This document shows, piece by piece, positions 10,850 through 22,158 of a stretch of DNA of 64,000 nucleotides. Location of the stretch: NCBI GenBank assembly GCA_021463465.1, contig JAJTYH010000003.1:275549-339548 (forward strand), given 5' to 3'. Source of the DNA: a bacterium. GTDB lineage: Bacteria; Patescibacteriota; Dojkabacteria; SC72. The translations under genes were made by a program, and so were the position numbers. A model generated the notes under the pieces. The model was given only the letters and a program-made list of their open reading frames with translations. It did not search any database and was not told the DNA's origin. The first letter of the stretch is position 1. Each line of letters begins with the position of its first letter.

Positions 10850-11779
10850 TTGAAAGCATTAATGAAGGACTTAGTCAGTGTGGTAATTCCGGTTTTCAAT
10901 GGTGAATCAAGTGTTTTGCGAGCGGTTAATTCCGTACTGAGTCAAACATACACTGAAATAGAGGTGATAGTGGTAGACGATCTATCTACTGATGGTACAT
11001 GGAAGCTTCTTGAAGAGATACAAGATTCAAGAGTTAAAGTTCTACGAGTGGATAAGAAAGTGAGCGCCTCTTATGTACGTAACCGTGGCATCAATAATGC
11101 CAAAGGAAAGTTTGTCGCTTTTCTGGACGACGACGACGAGTGGATGTCCGAAAAAGTTGAGAAACAGTTAAAGTTTCTTCAAACTAATTCAGACTATGGA
11201 ACCGTACTTTGTAATTTTGGTTATGTATATCCTGGAGGAACGGAACAGGTGTATTCAGTACAAAGTAAAGACTATGTAAAAGATATTCTTCTAATGGAAA
11301 AAAAGTTTGCGGCAGGATCATCTATGTTTGTTCGCAAAGATTTACTTATGCACCTTGGAATGTTTGATGACCGATTTCAAGGTCAACAAGACTTGGAAAT
11401 GCTTATTCGATTAGGTCAAGCTAGTAAGATTGGATTCATCCCCGAAAAGCTTCTTCGTATTAATGGAAGTTCAGGCCGGGTGATTGTAAATGTTGATCGA
11501 CTGATTAGTGTAAAAGAGATGTTTTTAAATAAATTTAAAGATGTAATTGAACAGTACCCTAAATCAGTCAGGAATAAGGTTTATGCGAGGCATTGGTTAC
11601 AAGTAGCTAGGATGTATGCAGTAAATGGCCAGAATCAAGAGTCAATGCAATATCTGAAAAGATCGCTGAGAGAAGCTTTCCTTTTTTCCAATTTATTGTT
11701 GATTACACCTTTTGAAAGTTATTTTGTAATACTTTTTTACTTACTGAAAAATGCAATTTTTAGAAAAAATAAAAAGTAA
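10850..11779 (+). CDS. GT2 glycosyltransferase (start may be ATG 10862)
   Basis: VSVVIPVFN, VVDDLSTD, RNRGI, AFLDDDDEW. Confidence 0.9.
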   Translation: MKALMKDLVSVVIPVFNGESSVLRAVNSVLSQTYTEIEVIVVDDLSTDGTWKLLEEIQDSRVKVLRVDKKVSASYVRNRGINNAKGKFVAFLDDDDEWMSEKVEKQLKFLQTNSDYGTVLCNFGYVYPGGTEQVYSVQSKDYVKDILLMEKKFAAGSSMFVRKDLLMHLGMFDDRFQGQQDLEMLIRLGQASKIGFIPEKLLRINGSSGRVIVNVDRLISVKEMFLNKFKDVIEQYPKSVRNKVYARHWLQVARMYAVNGQNQESMQYLKRSLREAFLFSNLLLITPFESYFVILFYLLKNAIFRKNKK

Positions 11780-13562
11780 TCCGACCATTCTATTTAAAGC
11801 GTTGTTGTTTTTGCTTTTGTTAGTTTATCTAGCCTTTATCTATTATAGATTTCCTGCTCGGGATGAAACATATTATTTACGTGAGACATTGATAATGTCC
11901 GACGTGATTAAAAATGGACGATGGTTTGGTGATTATGCTGTGGGATTGCACGGATTCCTGTTTAAGCTTCCATTAGCTTTAGTATTTATATTTACAGGAC
12001 CTTCAGTCTTAGCGGCGACACTTTATAATTATTTACTCGCAATTCTAACTTTGTGGTTTACTTATAGAACATCTAAATATTTTTTCAAAGAAGAGTTTTG
12101 GCGATGGGGATTAGTTGTTCTTTTGGCATGTTCTTTTGAATTTGTACGGTCAACACCAACCTATCTACGTGAAATTCCATCCTTGCTCTCGGTGATATTC
12201 TTTACTTATCTATATTTGAAGAACGGTTCCAAATGGTTACTTGGACTAGGGTTATTACTAGTGCTAGATGCTAAAGAGTATATGTTCTTTATTGTAGGAC
12301 TAGGTTATGTACTTAGTGAGGGAGTCCTTTTCTGGAGAAGAGGAATCTCAATACAAAACTTCAAAACTTTGGTATGGGATTTGGCTCGTGTATTCAGCTT
12401 TTCCTTTGCATATGTAGCATTGATGTTTACGACCTCACTCGTCCCTCTCAATACTTTCCTCGCTTCGATATTGGGTTTGATTGACCGAGGGTTTGCATGG
12501 AATGCCCAGCAGCTTTCAACTGGTACGGTAAATGTCGCAATAACAGGAGATTACAAAGAAATTTTTCAAATAGGGTTGCAAACCGATTATCCTATCATCA
12601 ATTCTTTGATTTCTTTGGTCAATCAAGTAATAGGGTACTTAGGAAAGTTCTTGTACCCTAGATCCTTCTCATACATATCCATACCTAGGATATTAATGGT
12701 GCCTGCTCTTATTGTTGGTTTTATTAAAACTAAAGAGTGGATTCAAAAGTCAGATAAACGTGTCTTGATATTATCCATTCTCATCGTATTTCTGGCAGTT
12801 TTCCTGCTTCGTAGTTCGCATGGACGGTATCTTTTCCCTATGTCACCTTTTATTTTCATTTTCCTGCTTTATTTCTTCAAAGACTATACTAATAATATAA
12901 AACTGAGTTTATGGATTCTTTTTGCCGCTTGGCTAGTAGAAAGCTTAGGATTGTATTTTGAAACCTCTATGGAGGAAGTTAAGATGTTGATTTCACTTTG
13001 TCTTCTTGGACTGTTTGTAACTGTAGTATATGTCCGAAAAAAACAACCTGAGTGGAACCTACTAGCCAGTGGGGTAGTGGTGACAAGTATAGCTGGGATT
13101 AGCCTTTTTTCGGCTTTATTATTTAGTTATACCCAAGGACAGATAGCACAAATGCTTGAATACGGAAGACATTTTGAAATCAGAAGTATAACTAAGGAAC
13201 TCAGTGGTTACGATAAGGTATATATCAATGACACAGATACTAATCATTTGATTCACTTTTATATGTCAGACCTTTCACTCAACCCGCAGTGGAAGTGGAA
13301 TATTAAATCCAATCTCCCTAAGAGCCAACTTGTAAAGATTTATGAAGAGCCTGAGATTATAAATATTGTACCTGGTAGTTCATTGGAAATGTCGCCTGAT
13401 GGAAGTGCTTTGGTTATAATCGAATCAAAGATAGGACGTGACCCTTTTGGAAGTCAGGAGCTACTACCAAATTTGCTATCATCAAGTCAGCTGAATCTAG
13501 TTAAAAAAGTGGAGCTTAAAAATAAGATAATGTATATCTTTGAGAATGCAGGTAGTAATTGA
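11751..13562 (+). CDS. Polytopic GT-C-like membrane protein
   Basis: RDETYY motif after first TM, many TMs, GRYLFP. Confidence 0.55.
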   Translation: MQFLEKIKSNPTILFKALLFLLLLVYLAFIYYRFPARDETYYLRETLIMSDVIKNGRWFGDYAVGLHGFLFKLPLALVFIFTGPSVLAATLYNYLLAILTLWFTYRTSKYFFKEEFWRWGLVVLLACSFEFVRSTPTYLREIPSLLSVIFFTYLYLKNGSKWLLGLGLLLVLDAKEYMFFIVGLGYVLSEGVLFWRRGISIQNFKTLVWDLARVFSFSFAYVALMFTTSLVPLNTFLASILGLIDRGFAWNAQQLSTGTVNVAITGDYKEIFQIGLQTDYPIINSLISLVNQVIGYLGKFLYPRSFSYISIPRILMVPALIVGFIKTKEWIQKSDKRVLILSILIVFLAVFLLRSSHGRYLFPMSPFIFIFLLYFFKDYTNNIKLSLWILFAAWLVESLGLYFETSMEEVKMLISLCLLGLFVTVVYVRKKQPEWNLLASGVVVTSIAGISLFSALLFSYTQGQIAQMLEYGRHFEIRSITKELSGYDKVYINDTDTNHLIHFYMSDLSLNPQWKWNIKSNLPKSQLVKIYEEPEIINIVPGSSLEMSPDGSALVIIESKIGRDPFGSQELLPNLLSSSQLNLVKKVELKNKIMYIFENAGSN

Positions 13563-14775
13563 TGCTCGGACAACTCAAGACGAAGTCAAGTTTAATGGGA
13601 TAGGAAGATATTCTAGATTTATCATTGAATACCTAATCAAACTTAATCCAAATACTCATTTCATACTGCTCATGTATGATGGGCCTTCAACAATTGACGG
13701 GTTGTTAAATAGGAGTGTCCGAAATATTGAAGTCAAAAGAATGGGTAAACATTATAACGGAAGCGGGTTAGAATTGATTAGACATAATCTCGACCTTTTC
13801 TTTCATGTAGGGTTAAACAGAGTTTTAAGGAAAATCAAGAAAGATAACGCGGTTTTCTTTTCGCCTTATTTCTGGAGAGGCATACCTGTTTTCAAACTCC
13901 CAACAGTATTGCTCATTCACGATTTTGCCCTACCCAAATTTCATAGCTATTCAACAATTTCTCCAGTTCACAATATTCTCAGAGCAATTCATTATTGGTT
14001 TGAATTGTATAGAGTGCTTTGGGCAAAAAAAGTTATATGTAACTCTCAAAACACTTATAAGGATTTTCTGGAATACTTTTCCAAATTTGATAAGTCAAAA
14101 GTAGAGGAAGTGCTTCTGGGCGTAGAAGAAGATGATATAGGTAGTCAGGAAGTTGATAAATACTTACCCTCTGATTGGCAGAAGCGGGGTTATCTTTTAT
14201 ATATGGGAGGCGGTTTGACTAAAAATAAGAACTCAGAAGGTGTCGTAAGCGGTTTTGCACAATTTATAAAACGTTTAGAGGCAGAGGGTAAATCAAGAAA
14301 TGAATGCCCTTATCTGGTAATTGCAGGAAAGAATTTCAAGGATGAGGTGGTTGCAGATGCAGTAAAGTTTAGGTCATATGTGGAGTCTAAGGGTGTTGCG
14401 GATTTGGTTCATTACGCTGGTTTTTATGAAGATGTCCACCGTTGGCCTTTAATGAGAAAGGCTTTTGGCTTTATACATCTATCATTATTTGAAGGGTTTG
14501 GATTTGCCGTAGCGGAAGCTATGCGTGCTGGAGTACCTGTGATTGCACATAATGGAAGTACATATCCTCAAGTGGTTGGAGATGGTGGTCTGCTTGTAAA
14601 CGGAGAAGATTTTGAAGCAGTTGGTCAAGGCATATACAAAATATATTCAGATAAGGAGTTTGCCCGATCACTCGGGAAAAAAGGCTTAGCAAAGAGTTTA
14701 GAATATAATTGGATAAAAACCGCTAAGAAGACATACAATATTTTAGAAGAATCATTAGATGGAAATATTAAGTAG
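13540..14775 (+). CDS. GT4 glycosyltransferase (mannosyltransferase-like)
   Basis: IDAR, GIGRY, IHD, KN, SLFEGFGFAVAEAM. Confidence 0.88.
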   Translation: MRMQVVIDARTTQDEVKFNGIGRYSRFIIEYLIKLNPNTHFILLMYDGPSTIDGLLNRSVRNIEVKRMGKHYNGSGLELIRHNLDLFFHVGLNRVLRKIKKDNAVFFSPYFWRGIPVFKLPTVLLIHDFALPKFHSYSTISPVHNILRAIHYWFELYRVLWAKKVICNSQNTYKDFLEYFSKFDKSKVEEVLLGVEEDDIGSQEVDKYLPSDWQKRGYLLYMGGGLTKNKNSEGVVSGFAQFIKRLEAEGKSRNECPYLVIAGKNFKDEVVADAVKFRSYVESKGVADLVHYAGFYEDVHRWPLMRKAFGFIHLSLFEGFGFAVAEAMRAGVPVIAHNGSTYPQVVGDGGLLVNGEDFEAVGQGIYKIYSDKEFARSLGKKGLAKSLEYNWIKTAKKTYNILEESLDGNIK

Positions 14776-15247
14776 TATTGTGGAGTATGCATCATACTTC
14801 TTAGCCCTTATTGGTGTTCTTATAACACTCGTTGGATTACCTGGAATCTGGGTTATATTCACATCGGTTATGATGTGGGGTGTAAGTACGGGTTTTGAAC
14901 AGCTTACCGTTCAGTGGATTCTATTGTTTTTGGCCATAACCCTGGCTTCTACCTTTATAGATAATCTCACAATTATTTTGGGAGCCAAAAAATCAGGTGC
15001 TTCCAATTGGGGAATTGTAGGTGCAATCGTCGGTATGATGATTGGAACCTTAGTTGGCAATATACCAGGGATGATTATAGGAGCATTTGTAGGTGCAGTT
15101 ATGGTTGAAGTCTTTATAGCTAAGAAAGAAGGTTCAGAAGCGATAAAGGCAGGGATAGGAACAATGGTAGGTTTTTTCTTAGGAATCCTCCTCAAATTTG
15201 TTGTAGCAATACTGATGATATATTTGTGGGCAGTTTTAGCCAAATAG
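14759..15247 (+). CDS. DUF456 family membrane protein
   Basis: LPG.W, GAKKSGASNWGIVGAIVG, Gly-rich TMs. Confidence 0.8.
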   Translation: MEILSSIVEYASYFLALIGVLITLVGLPGIWVIFTSVMMWGVSTGFEQLTVQWILLFLAITLASTFIDNLTIILGAKKSGASNWGIVGAIVGMMIGTLVGNIPGMIIGAFVGAVMVEVFIAKKEGSEAIKAGIGTMVGFFLGILLKFVVAILMIYLWAVLAK

Positions 15248-15330
15248 CTATCTAATCTGACTGATCAAGTTGGCAATTGTCATGATTAGTTTTATGATGA
15301 TTAGTAATTTCATATAGTTAAAAGCTTAGT

Positions 15331-16218
15331 TTAAATATCAATTATATGTTTGGGGTCGATAACCAGATTTTGAGATTGGCCTGTTCTTATCTCAAAATGT
15401 AAGTGATATCCCAAGGGTTTACACTTTTGTGCTCCTGAATTTCCACTTACACCTATCTTTTGTCCTCTTCTAACTGAATCACCTTTTTCAAGATCTCCGA
15501 AGCTATCTAAATGGAAATAGCTGGAGTAGAAGCCGTTGCTATGTTTAATCCTTAAAATTCTTCCACCGTTATCGCATTTAGAAGAGAAGTTATCCCATCC
15601 TATGTAATCGATCCTACCATCTCCAATTGAATAGACATTCTGGTGTTTGATTAGAAAGTCTATACCAGTGTGATTGAAGCTGAAGTTTGTCTCGCCGAAT
15701 TCCTGGCTAATCTTCGGAGTACCCTTAAGTGGGGAGGTAAAATCCGTAGTGGGGTATTGGGCTTTTGGAACTGTCACGAAGATAGTTTTCTTCCATCCAG
15801 AAGTGCTTTCTGTAAAAGTGAAACTGAGTTTCCTAGAGTAAGGGTTTTCGTCGTCTTTGTACTCTCTTGGCAAGATCCACTCTGCAGAGGTGCTATCCCT
15901 GCTGACCTTTTCGATTTTGTCAAAACACTCTTTAAACAGAAAGAAGGTATAACGACAAGTTCTAACTCTGGTGATATCCGTGTAATAGAATGGCAAGTTC
16001 GCTTTTACTGTAACTACATAATTGCCATCAATCCATCGATTTTTTATTGATTTGATATCAATTTGAAACTCACAATCTCTTTTAGTTGTCATGGTAGTGG
16101 CATCCATGATTTCTTCGCAATAGTTTTCTGGATAGGATATGGGGTTGAAATATACTGCGTTTGCGGAACTTAAGGAAAAAATGAAAATAAGGACAGTGTA
16201 TATGAACACTTTTTGCAT
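15331..16218 (-). CDS. Secreted M23 family metallopeptidase (peptidoglycan endopeptidase-like)
   Basis: Signal peptide from ATG 16218; HTGID, YFHL, GNSG, HLHFE. Confidence 0.88.
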   Translation of the reverse strand: MQKVFIYTVLIFIFSLSSANAVYFNPISYPENYCEEIMDATTMTTKRDCEFQIDIKSIKNRWIDGNYVVTVKANLPFYYTDITRVRTCRYTFFLFKECFDKIEKVSRDSTSAEWILPREYKDDENPYSRKLSFTFTESTSGWKKTIFVTVPKAQYPTTDFTSPLKGTPKISQEFGETNFSFNHTGIDFLIKHQNVYSIGDGRIDYIGWDNFSSKCDNGGRILRIKHSNGFYSSYFHLDSFGDLEKGDSVRRGQKIGVSGNSGAQKCKPLGYHLHFEIRTGQSQNLVIDPKHIIDI

Positions 16219-16329
16219 AGGCAATGCATTTATGAATTTAGTATTTACATTGTAAAAACCGTGTGTGAAAACCAAGTGAAATGTTAAAAGTGGTACTAAA
16301 AGCAAGAGTTTGATGTATAATGCAATGCT

Positions 16330-19275
16330 ATGTGGAATCTCATCTCCAAATTTTTTGATAGTAATGAGCGACAGCTCAAGAAAATAGCTCCGTTAATCGC
16401 GCAAATCAATGCGCTTGAAGAAGACTTTGCCAAATTAAGTGACGATAAACTTAGGGATAAAACTAGTGAACTGCGCAAGAAACTGGGTGTTAATATAGAG
16501 TTTAGCAGGCAAGAATTTTACGATCTCAATGAAGTTGAGATGAATGCCAAACTAGCTGACGAAAAGAAACGTTTAAATGAAATTTTACCTCAAGCTTTCG
16601 CTACCATTCGTGAAGCCTCTAAGCGTGCTACCAACCATAGGCATTTTGATGTGCAGATGATTGCGGGATACTTCCTTTTTAACAATAAAGTTACAGAGCT
16701 CTTTACGGGTGAGGGCAAAACTTTAGCAGCTAATATGCCATTATATCTTTATGGATTGACCGGAAGAGGTGCGCATTTAGTTACTGTTAATGATTATCTT
16801 GCGAGACGTGATGCTCAATGGAATGGAAGAATTTTAGAAAGATTAGGACTTACTGTTGGAGTTATAAATAATGGAGCACAGTATAAATATATAACTGATG
16901 AAGAAGTCGTTAAACTTAAAGGTGCTAACGCTAAGAAGCTAATTAAAGAGAGAGATGCTAAGGCTAAGAGTGAAGGTAGGCTTAAGTATGATCATATGAA
17001 TGGAGTTAACCTAATTGCTTGCTCCAAAACTGAAGCTTATGCCTGCGATGTAGTGTATGGAACTAACAATGAATTTGGCTTTGACTATTTGAGAGATAAT
17101 ATGACCTATTCAATTAGTGAGATCGTGCAAGGTCCATTATACTTTGCCATTGTTGATGAGGCTGACTCTATTTTGATTGATGAAGCCAGAACGCCTCTTA
17201 TCATCTCGTCAAGTGCACAGGAATCAAATCAGCTGTATAAGCAGTTCGCTCAAATAGTTGAGAAATTGAGTAAGGAGCGTGACTATACTGTAGATGAAAA
17301 GTCGCATGCCGTTTCAATTAATGACGAGGGTATTGATAGAGTTGAAAAACTTTTGGGAGTTAAGAATATTTATGAGAATGCACAATTCGCATATCACCTT
17401 GAAAACTCATTGAAAGCCAAAGAGTTGTATCGAAGAGATCAAGAGTATCTCATCAGAGAGGGAGAAATCCTCATTGTTGATGAATTTACAGGAAGGGTCA
17501 TGGCAGGTAGAAGGTACAGCGAAGGATTGCATCAGGCAATTGAAGCGAAAGAAGGTGTTGAAGTGAAGCGAGAGTCTCAAACTGTAGCGACAATTACCCT
17601 TCAGAATTATTTCAGACTGTATAAATACTTGTCCGGAATGACAGGTACCGCCCTAACTGAAGCAGAAGAGTTTGCGAAAATCTATAATCTAGACACTGTA
17701 GTAATCCCCACAAATAGGGAGGTTGTACGAAAAGATATGCCAGATGTCGTATTTAGAACGCAAGAAGGCAAATTCCGAAACATTATCAAGGATATTATGG
17801 AGCACAATAAAAAAGGACAACCTGTGTTGGTTGGGACAACCTCAGTCGAGAAGTCCGAAGTGCTGTCCGAAATATTGTCGAAAGAGGGGGTAGAGCACAG
17901 AGTGCTTAACGCCAAACAGCATGAGATGGAAGCCCAAGTAGTTTCTATGGCTGGTCAAAGAGGAGCAGTTACAATTGCGACAAATATGGCGGGTCGAGGA
18001 ACCGATATCGCCTTGGGCGAAGGAGTTAGAGAACTAGGAGGTCTTTATGTTATTGGTTCTGAACGTCACGATGCACGAAGAATAGATAACCAGCTTAGAG
18101 GTAGATCGGGTCGACAAGGTGACCCAGGAGAGTCTAGATTCTATGTCTCGTTTGAAGATGAATTGATGAGGTTGTTTGGTGGAGAGAATATGAAGACAAT
18201 CATGGGCACAGTAGGGATGTCGGATGATATGCCTGTATCATTGGGAATCTTAGGTCGTTCTATTGAAACGGCACAAAAGCGTGTTGAAGCTCACAACTAC
18301 GATATTCGGAAAAACCTTGTTGAGTATGATGATGTGCTTAATCAACAGCGTGAAATTGTCTACAATTTACGTAGAAAGATTTTGGCATTGACTGATAGAT
18401 CAGATTTCAAATTCTCCAAAGCTAAATTCGATTCTAAGGAATTGGCTAAAATTGATATTGTTAATCTCCTTTATGATTTAGACTCTTTTTCTCTACTAGA
18501 TAAACAGACTTGGGATATAGCTCAACTCGAAAAGTTTCCTCACTTCAAACATCCTTTACTTCTGTGGATTTTAAAGAAAATTGTTGACGATGTGCGATTT
18601 ACTCTTAGTAGTCAGTTAGCGGATGATATGAAGATTGATGCTCTTGAAGAGCGTACAAGTATCATGCATATCAAATCGATAGTAACAGATGAACTGATTG
18701 ATTTAGTTGTTAAGGCGTTGGGATACAAAGATCAGGTGAGTTTCTTTAGAGAGCTGGATTCAATCAAGGATTTGGCACCTAAAGAAGATATGTTGCTTAA
18801 ACTTGTTGTAACATCTTTTGTCTTCCACGTTTATACCTTAAGTGCTCAGGGCTCATTTGAAGTATTCAAGGTTCTTGTGCTGGAAGGAATTCGGACATTT
18901 TGGATGCAACACCTAGACACAATGACAGATTTACGAGAAGGAATATCACTTCGCAACTTTGCACAGAAGAATCCTCTGGTGGAATATAAAAATGAAGGGT
19001 TCGCCTTGTTTGATAATATGATTGCTAGTATTGATACCAACTTGGTTAACAGAGTGTTTAAAGTAAGAGTTATACGGGAAGAGAGAGATATTCCAGTCGA
19101 AGCTATACATGAAGAGGCGCAATCACTTCTTGAAAAACAATTAGATAAGCGGCCTGGAGAGGTGGGTAAGCAAACAACAGTCAAAAAAGGCATACAAAAA
19201 GTTGGCAGAAACGATCCATGTCCTTGTGGAAGTGGAAAAAAATACAAGAAATGTCATTATCCACTCTACGGTTAA
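16330..19275 (+). CDS. secA: Preprotein translocase ATPase SecA
   Basis: [65 protein letters not shown] motif [13 protein letters not shown]. Confidence 0.99.
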   Translation: MWNLISKFFDSNERQLKKIAPLIAQINALEEDFAKLSDDKLRDKTSELRKKLGVNIEFSRQEFYDLNEVEMNAKLADEKKRLNEILPQAFATIREASKRATNHRHFDVQMIAGYFLFNNKVTELFTGEGKTLAANMPLYLYGLTGRGAHLVTVNDYLARRDAQWNGRILERLGLTVGVINNGAQYKYITDEEVVKLKGANAKKLIKERDAKAKSEGRLKYDHMNGVNLIACSKTEAYACDVVYGTNNEFGFDYLRDNMTYSISEIVQGPLYFAIVDEADSILIDEARTPLIISSSAQESNQLYKQFAQIVEKLSKERDYTVDEKSHAVSINDEGIDRVEKLLGVKNIYENAQFAYHLENSLKAKELYRRDQEYLIREGEILIVDEFTGRVMAGRRYSEGLHQAIEAKEGVEVKRESQTVATITLQNYFRLYKYLSGMTGTALTEAEEFAKIYNLDTVVIPTNREVVRKDMPDVVFRTQEGKFRNIIKDIMEHNKKGQPVLVGTTSVEKSEVLSEILSKEGVEHRVLNAKQHEMEAQVVSMAGQRGAVTIATNMAGRGTDIALGEGVRELGGLYVIGSERHDARRIDNQLRGRSGRQGDPGESRFYVSFEDELMRLFGGENMKTIMGTVGMSDDMPVSLGILGRSIETAQKRVEAHNYDIRKNLVEYDDVLNQQREIVYNLRRKILALTDRSDFKFSKAKFDSKELAKIDIVNLLYDLDSFSLLDKQTWDIAQLEKFPHFKHPLLLWILKKIVDDVRFTLSSQLADDMKIDALEERTSIMHIKSIVTDELIDLVVKALGYKDQVSFFRELDSIKDLAPKEDMLLKLVVTSFVFHVYTLSAQGSFEVFKVLVLEGIRTFWMQHLDTMTDLREGISLRNFAQKNPLVEYKNEGFALFDNMIASIDTNLVNRVFKVRVIREERDIPVEAIHEEAQSLLEKQLDKRPGEVGKQTTVKKGIQKVGRNDPCPCGSGKKYKKCHYPLYG

Positions 19276-19293
19276 GAGAATAATATAGGTCAA

Positions 19294-19322
19294 TTGACAC
19301 CACTATAACTCCCATATATGCT
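19294..19322 (+). promoter_or_regulatory. Sigma70-type promoter
   Basis: TTGACA-17 nt-TATGCT upstream of the ORF at 19352. Confidence 0.6.
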
Positions 19323-19351
19323 GATAATTAGTAACCTATTGCTTTGTATTT

Positions 19352-19849
19352 ATGACTGCCTCAAACACAAAGTTCAAAGACGACGAGAAAACGACTAAGA
19401 AAATAAACAGCATACATATCGTAGTTTTCGCATGTACTAACTGCGGAGAAGAGTTTGAAGAGCTTCGCCTTTGCAAAGAATGTAAATCTCCTATGAAAGT
19501 GGTTCAAGTTACTGAGAAGTTTGGTAATGAGGCAGATGAGTATTTGGCTAAGTTAAAACGTGAGGGCGTTTGGGATGACACATCCGTTCACCCTAAACAT
19601 GATGAAAACAGTGATGGTGGAATTGCAGGAAGTAGTGATGAACTTGATGATATTGATATAAAGATTGCTGGGCAAGAGAGTACTGAAGAAACAATAGAAG
19701 ATTTAGAGTTAGGAGACATCTATCCTGACGATGAGTCAGGTGAGCGAACTACCAAAAATGTTACTGATATGGATTGGTCTGAGGCGTTGGATAAGCTTGA
19801 TGAAGAAGAAGACACCTCCGATCTCAATGAAGAGTTGCCAGAGTTGTAG
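19352..19849 (+). CDS. Hypothetical zinc-ribbon protein with highly acidic C-terminal tail
   Basis: CTNC...CKEC; D/E-rich second half. Confidence 0.7.
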   Translation: MTASNTKFKDDEKTTKKINSIHIVVFACTNCGEEFEELRLCKECKSPMKVVQVTEKFGNEADEYLAKLKREGVWDDTSVHPKHDENSDGGIAGSSDELDDIDIKIAGQESTEETIEDLELGDIYPDDESGERTTKNVTDMDWSEALDKLDEEEDTSDLNEELPEL

Positions 19850-19879
19850 ATTTTTCAGTGTAAATGCTAAACTCATTGC

Positions 19880-21001
19880 ATGAGTTTGAGACCTTTTTCA
19901 GAGCTAAGAGTTGCTTTCATTACCGATTCAATGACGGCATTTGGTGGAGCAGATCGTGAACTTATAGCCTTATTGAAACTTTTTCCAAATTCTGTCATTT
20001 TCACCTCTGTCTATAACAAAAAGGCTTACAATATTACTAATGAAGTAAGGATAAGTTTTTTACAGAAGATACCTATACTGAGGCGACACCTGAGTTTTCT
20101 GACGCCTTTAGCTTTTGAGCAGTTCGATTTGAAGGGTTATGATTTAGTGGTATCACTTAGTGCAGGTCCAGCAAAAGGTGTTGTAACAAGGGTTTATCAG
20201 CCACATATAGGAATTATACTTACTCCTCCGCGCCATCAGTGGGATAGAGAGATAAATGCTAGAGGGTCAATACTTTTCAGAATATATCAATTGGGTTCTT
20301 TTTTTATCTCTCACTACTTAAGACTTTGGGATAGTATAGCTATTAAGCGTGTTGATCATTTCATAACAATCTCAAAGTATATTCAGTCCAAAGTTAAACA
20401 TGTTTACAATCAGGATTCTGAAGTAATCTATCCTGGAGTCAGTGAATATTGGTTTGAAAAACCAACTTCGAAAGAACTATCTGCTGTTAAAGATAAATAC
20501 CGACTCCCTGATGATTTTATTTTGTCAGTCGGTCGGCTGTATGATCATAAGCGGGTTGATTGGGCTATAAAGGCATGTATGGAAAACAAACAACATCTCT
20601 GCATAATTGGAAGCGGTCCTGATGAAAAGTTTCTTAGAAAAATGAGTAAAGGAAGTGAGTATATCCATTTCTTGGGACATATACCTGATGACGAGATGCG
20701 AGCGACCCATGCTTTAAGTGAAGCATTTGTTTTCCCGGCGGTAGAAGACTTCGGATATGTTACGGTAGAGGCGCAAGCACAAGGCAAGCCAGCATTAGTT
20801 TGTGCTGAAGGAGGGTCAAAAGAGATTGTGGTTAACGGCAAAACAGGGGCCACATTTAGGACTATGGATGAGCTAAATGATTTGGTTTCGAAAAAGATTT
20901 GGAAAAGGTATAATTCGAAGGATATTGTTTTACAGGCAAGGAAGTTCTCTGAAACTAAATTTCTATCCTCAATAGAAAAATTTGTTAGAAAGATCCTATG
21001 A
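19880..21001 (+). CDS. GT4 glycosyltransferase (WbaZ-like)
   Basis: GGADR, VGRL..HKRVD, EDFGYVTVEAQA.GKP. Confidence 0.88.
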   Translation: MSLRPFSELRVAFITDSMTAFGGADRELIALLKLFPNSVIFTSVYNKKAYNITNEVRISFLQKIPILRRHLSFLTPLAFEQFDLKGYDLVVSLSAGPAKGVVTRVYQPHIGIILTPPRHQWDREINARGSILFRIYQLGSFFISHYLRLWDSIAIKRVDHFITISKYIQSKVKHVYNQDSEVIYPGVSEYWFEKPTSKELSAVKDKYRLPDDFILSVGRLYDHKRVDWAIKACMENKQHLCIIGSGPDEKFLRKMSKGSEYIHFLGHIPDDEMRATHALSEAFVFPAVEDFGYVTVEAQAQGKPALVCAEGGSKEIVVNGKTGATFRTMDELNDLVSKKIWKRYNSKDIVLQARKFSETKFLSSIEKFVRKIL

Positions 21002-22158
21002 AATCTGATAAAAAACCTTTAAGAGTTGCGATTGTTTCTGACGCGATTGATGCTAGGGGTGGGGTTGAGAAGGTAATCTTAAGCCTGTTGAAAGCTTTCC
21101 CTAATGCAACAATTTATACCGTTCGATCTAATCGAAAGTATACCAAAGTAGAATTTCCTGGAGTTAAGATTCGAAATTCTTTTATTCAGTATATTCCTTT
21201 CGAGAAACTATTGCGCAGGGAGTTATATCTTTTATATCCATGGGCTTATCGAAGTTTTTCTTTTTTTGGATACGACGTTGTTATATCAGTATCTTCCTCA
21301 TTTGCAAAATTTATTAAACCTTGGAGGAAGCAAACGAAACATATTGGGTATATTCAGACTCCTCCGAGATTTTTTTGGATGCATGATATTCGAACTATTA
21401 AAGGTATGAGTCGATTCTCTTTCAAGTTTTATTCTTTCTTTGTCTCGACATTCTTAGAAAAGTTGTGGCAGAAATGGGATAGAAATGCTGCTAGAAAAAT
21501 AGACAAGGTGGTTGTTATCTCTAAAGAGGTACAGCGTAGGGTTAAGAAATTTTATGATTTAGACAGCGAGGTGATCTACTCCCCAGTTGAAGTCAAAGAA
21601 ATGAAATTTAACAAAGATATGGGTAAGCGTGAGAACTGGTTTTTGTACTTTGGAAGAGTGGAAACGTATAAGGGTGTTGAGTTGGCGATTCGCGCCGCAG
21701 TTCTAGCCCACAAACCGATAAAGATTGCAGGTACAGGACAGGATATGGATCGTATGCAAGAACTAGTGACGGAGTTAAACGCTAAAGGTACTGTTAAATT
21801 CCTAGGATATGTGAGTGATGAGTTGAAGCTTGAACTTTTTAGCAAATGCAAGGCCTTACTTTTTCCTGTGCAAGACGAGGATTTTGGAATTGTGCCAGTT
21901 GAGGCAAATGCTTCTGGAGGGCCGGTCATTGCATATCGTAGCGGCGGAGTTTTGGAGAGTATTTCTGAAGATAACCCTAAGACAGGTGTATTTTTCGATG
22001 AGTATACTCCCGAAGCCTTGGCTGAAATTCTAAAGACTTTCGATCCTCGGGAATTTAATCCTGCTAATTGCCGAAAACAGGCAAGCAACTTTGCCAGTGA
22101 AATTTTTGAGTACAAAATGAAAAATCTGGTGAAAGAGGTTGCTGATAATGGTAAATAG
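20998..22158 (+). CDS. GT4 glycosyltransferase, tandem paralog of the preceding gene
   Basis: GGVEK, FGRVE.YKG, EDFGIVPVEANA.GGP. Confidence 0.88.
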   Translation: MKSDKKPLRVAIVSDAIDARGGVEKVILSLLKAFPNATIYTVRSNRKYTKVEFPGVKIRNSFIQYIPFEKLLRRELYLLYPWAYRSFSFFGYDVVISVSSSFAKFIKPWRKQTKHIGYIQTPPRFFWMHDIRTIKGMSRFSFKFYSFFVSTFLEKLWQKWDRNAARKIDKVVVISKEVQRRVKKFYDLDSEVIYSPVEVKEMKFNKDMGKRENWFLYFGRVETYKGVELAIRAAVLAHKPIKIAGTGQDMDRMQELVTELNAKGTVKFLGYVSDELKLELFSKCKALLFPVQDEDFGIVPVEANASGGPVIAYRSGGVLESISEDNPKTGVFFDEYTPEALAEILKTFDPREFNPANCRKQASNFASEIFEYKMKNLVKEVADNGK

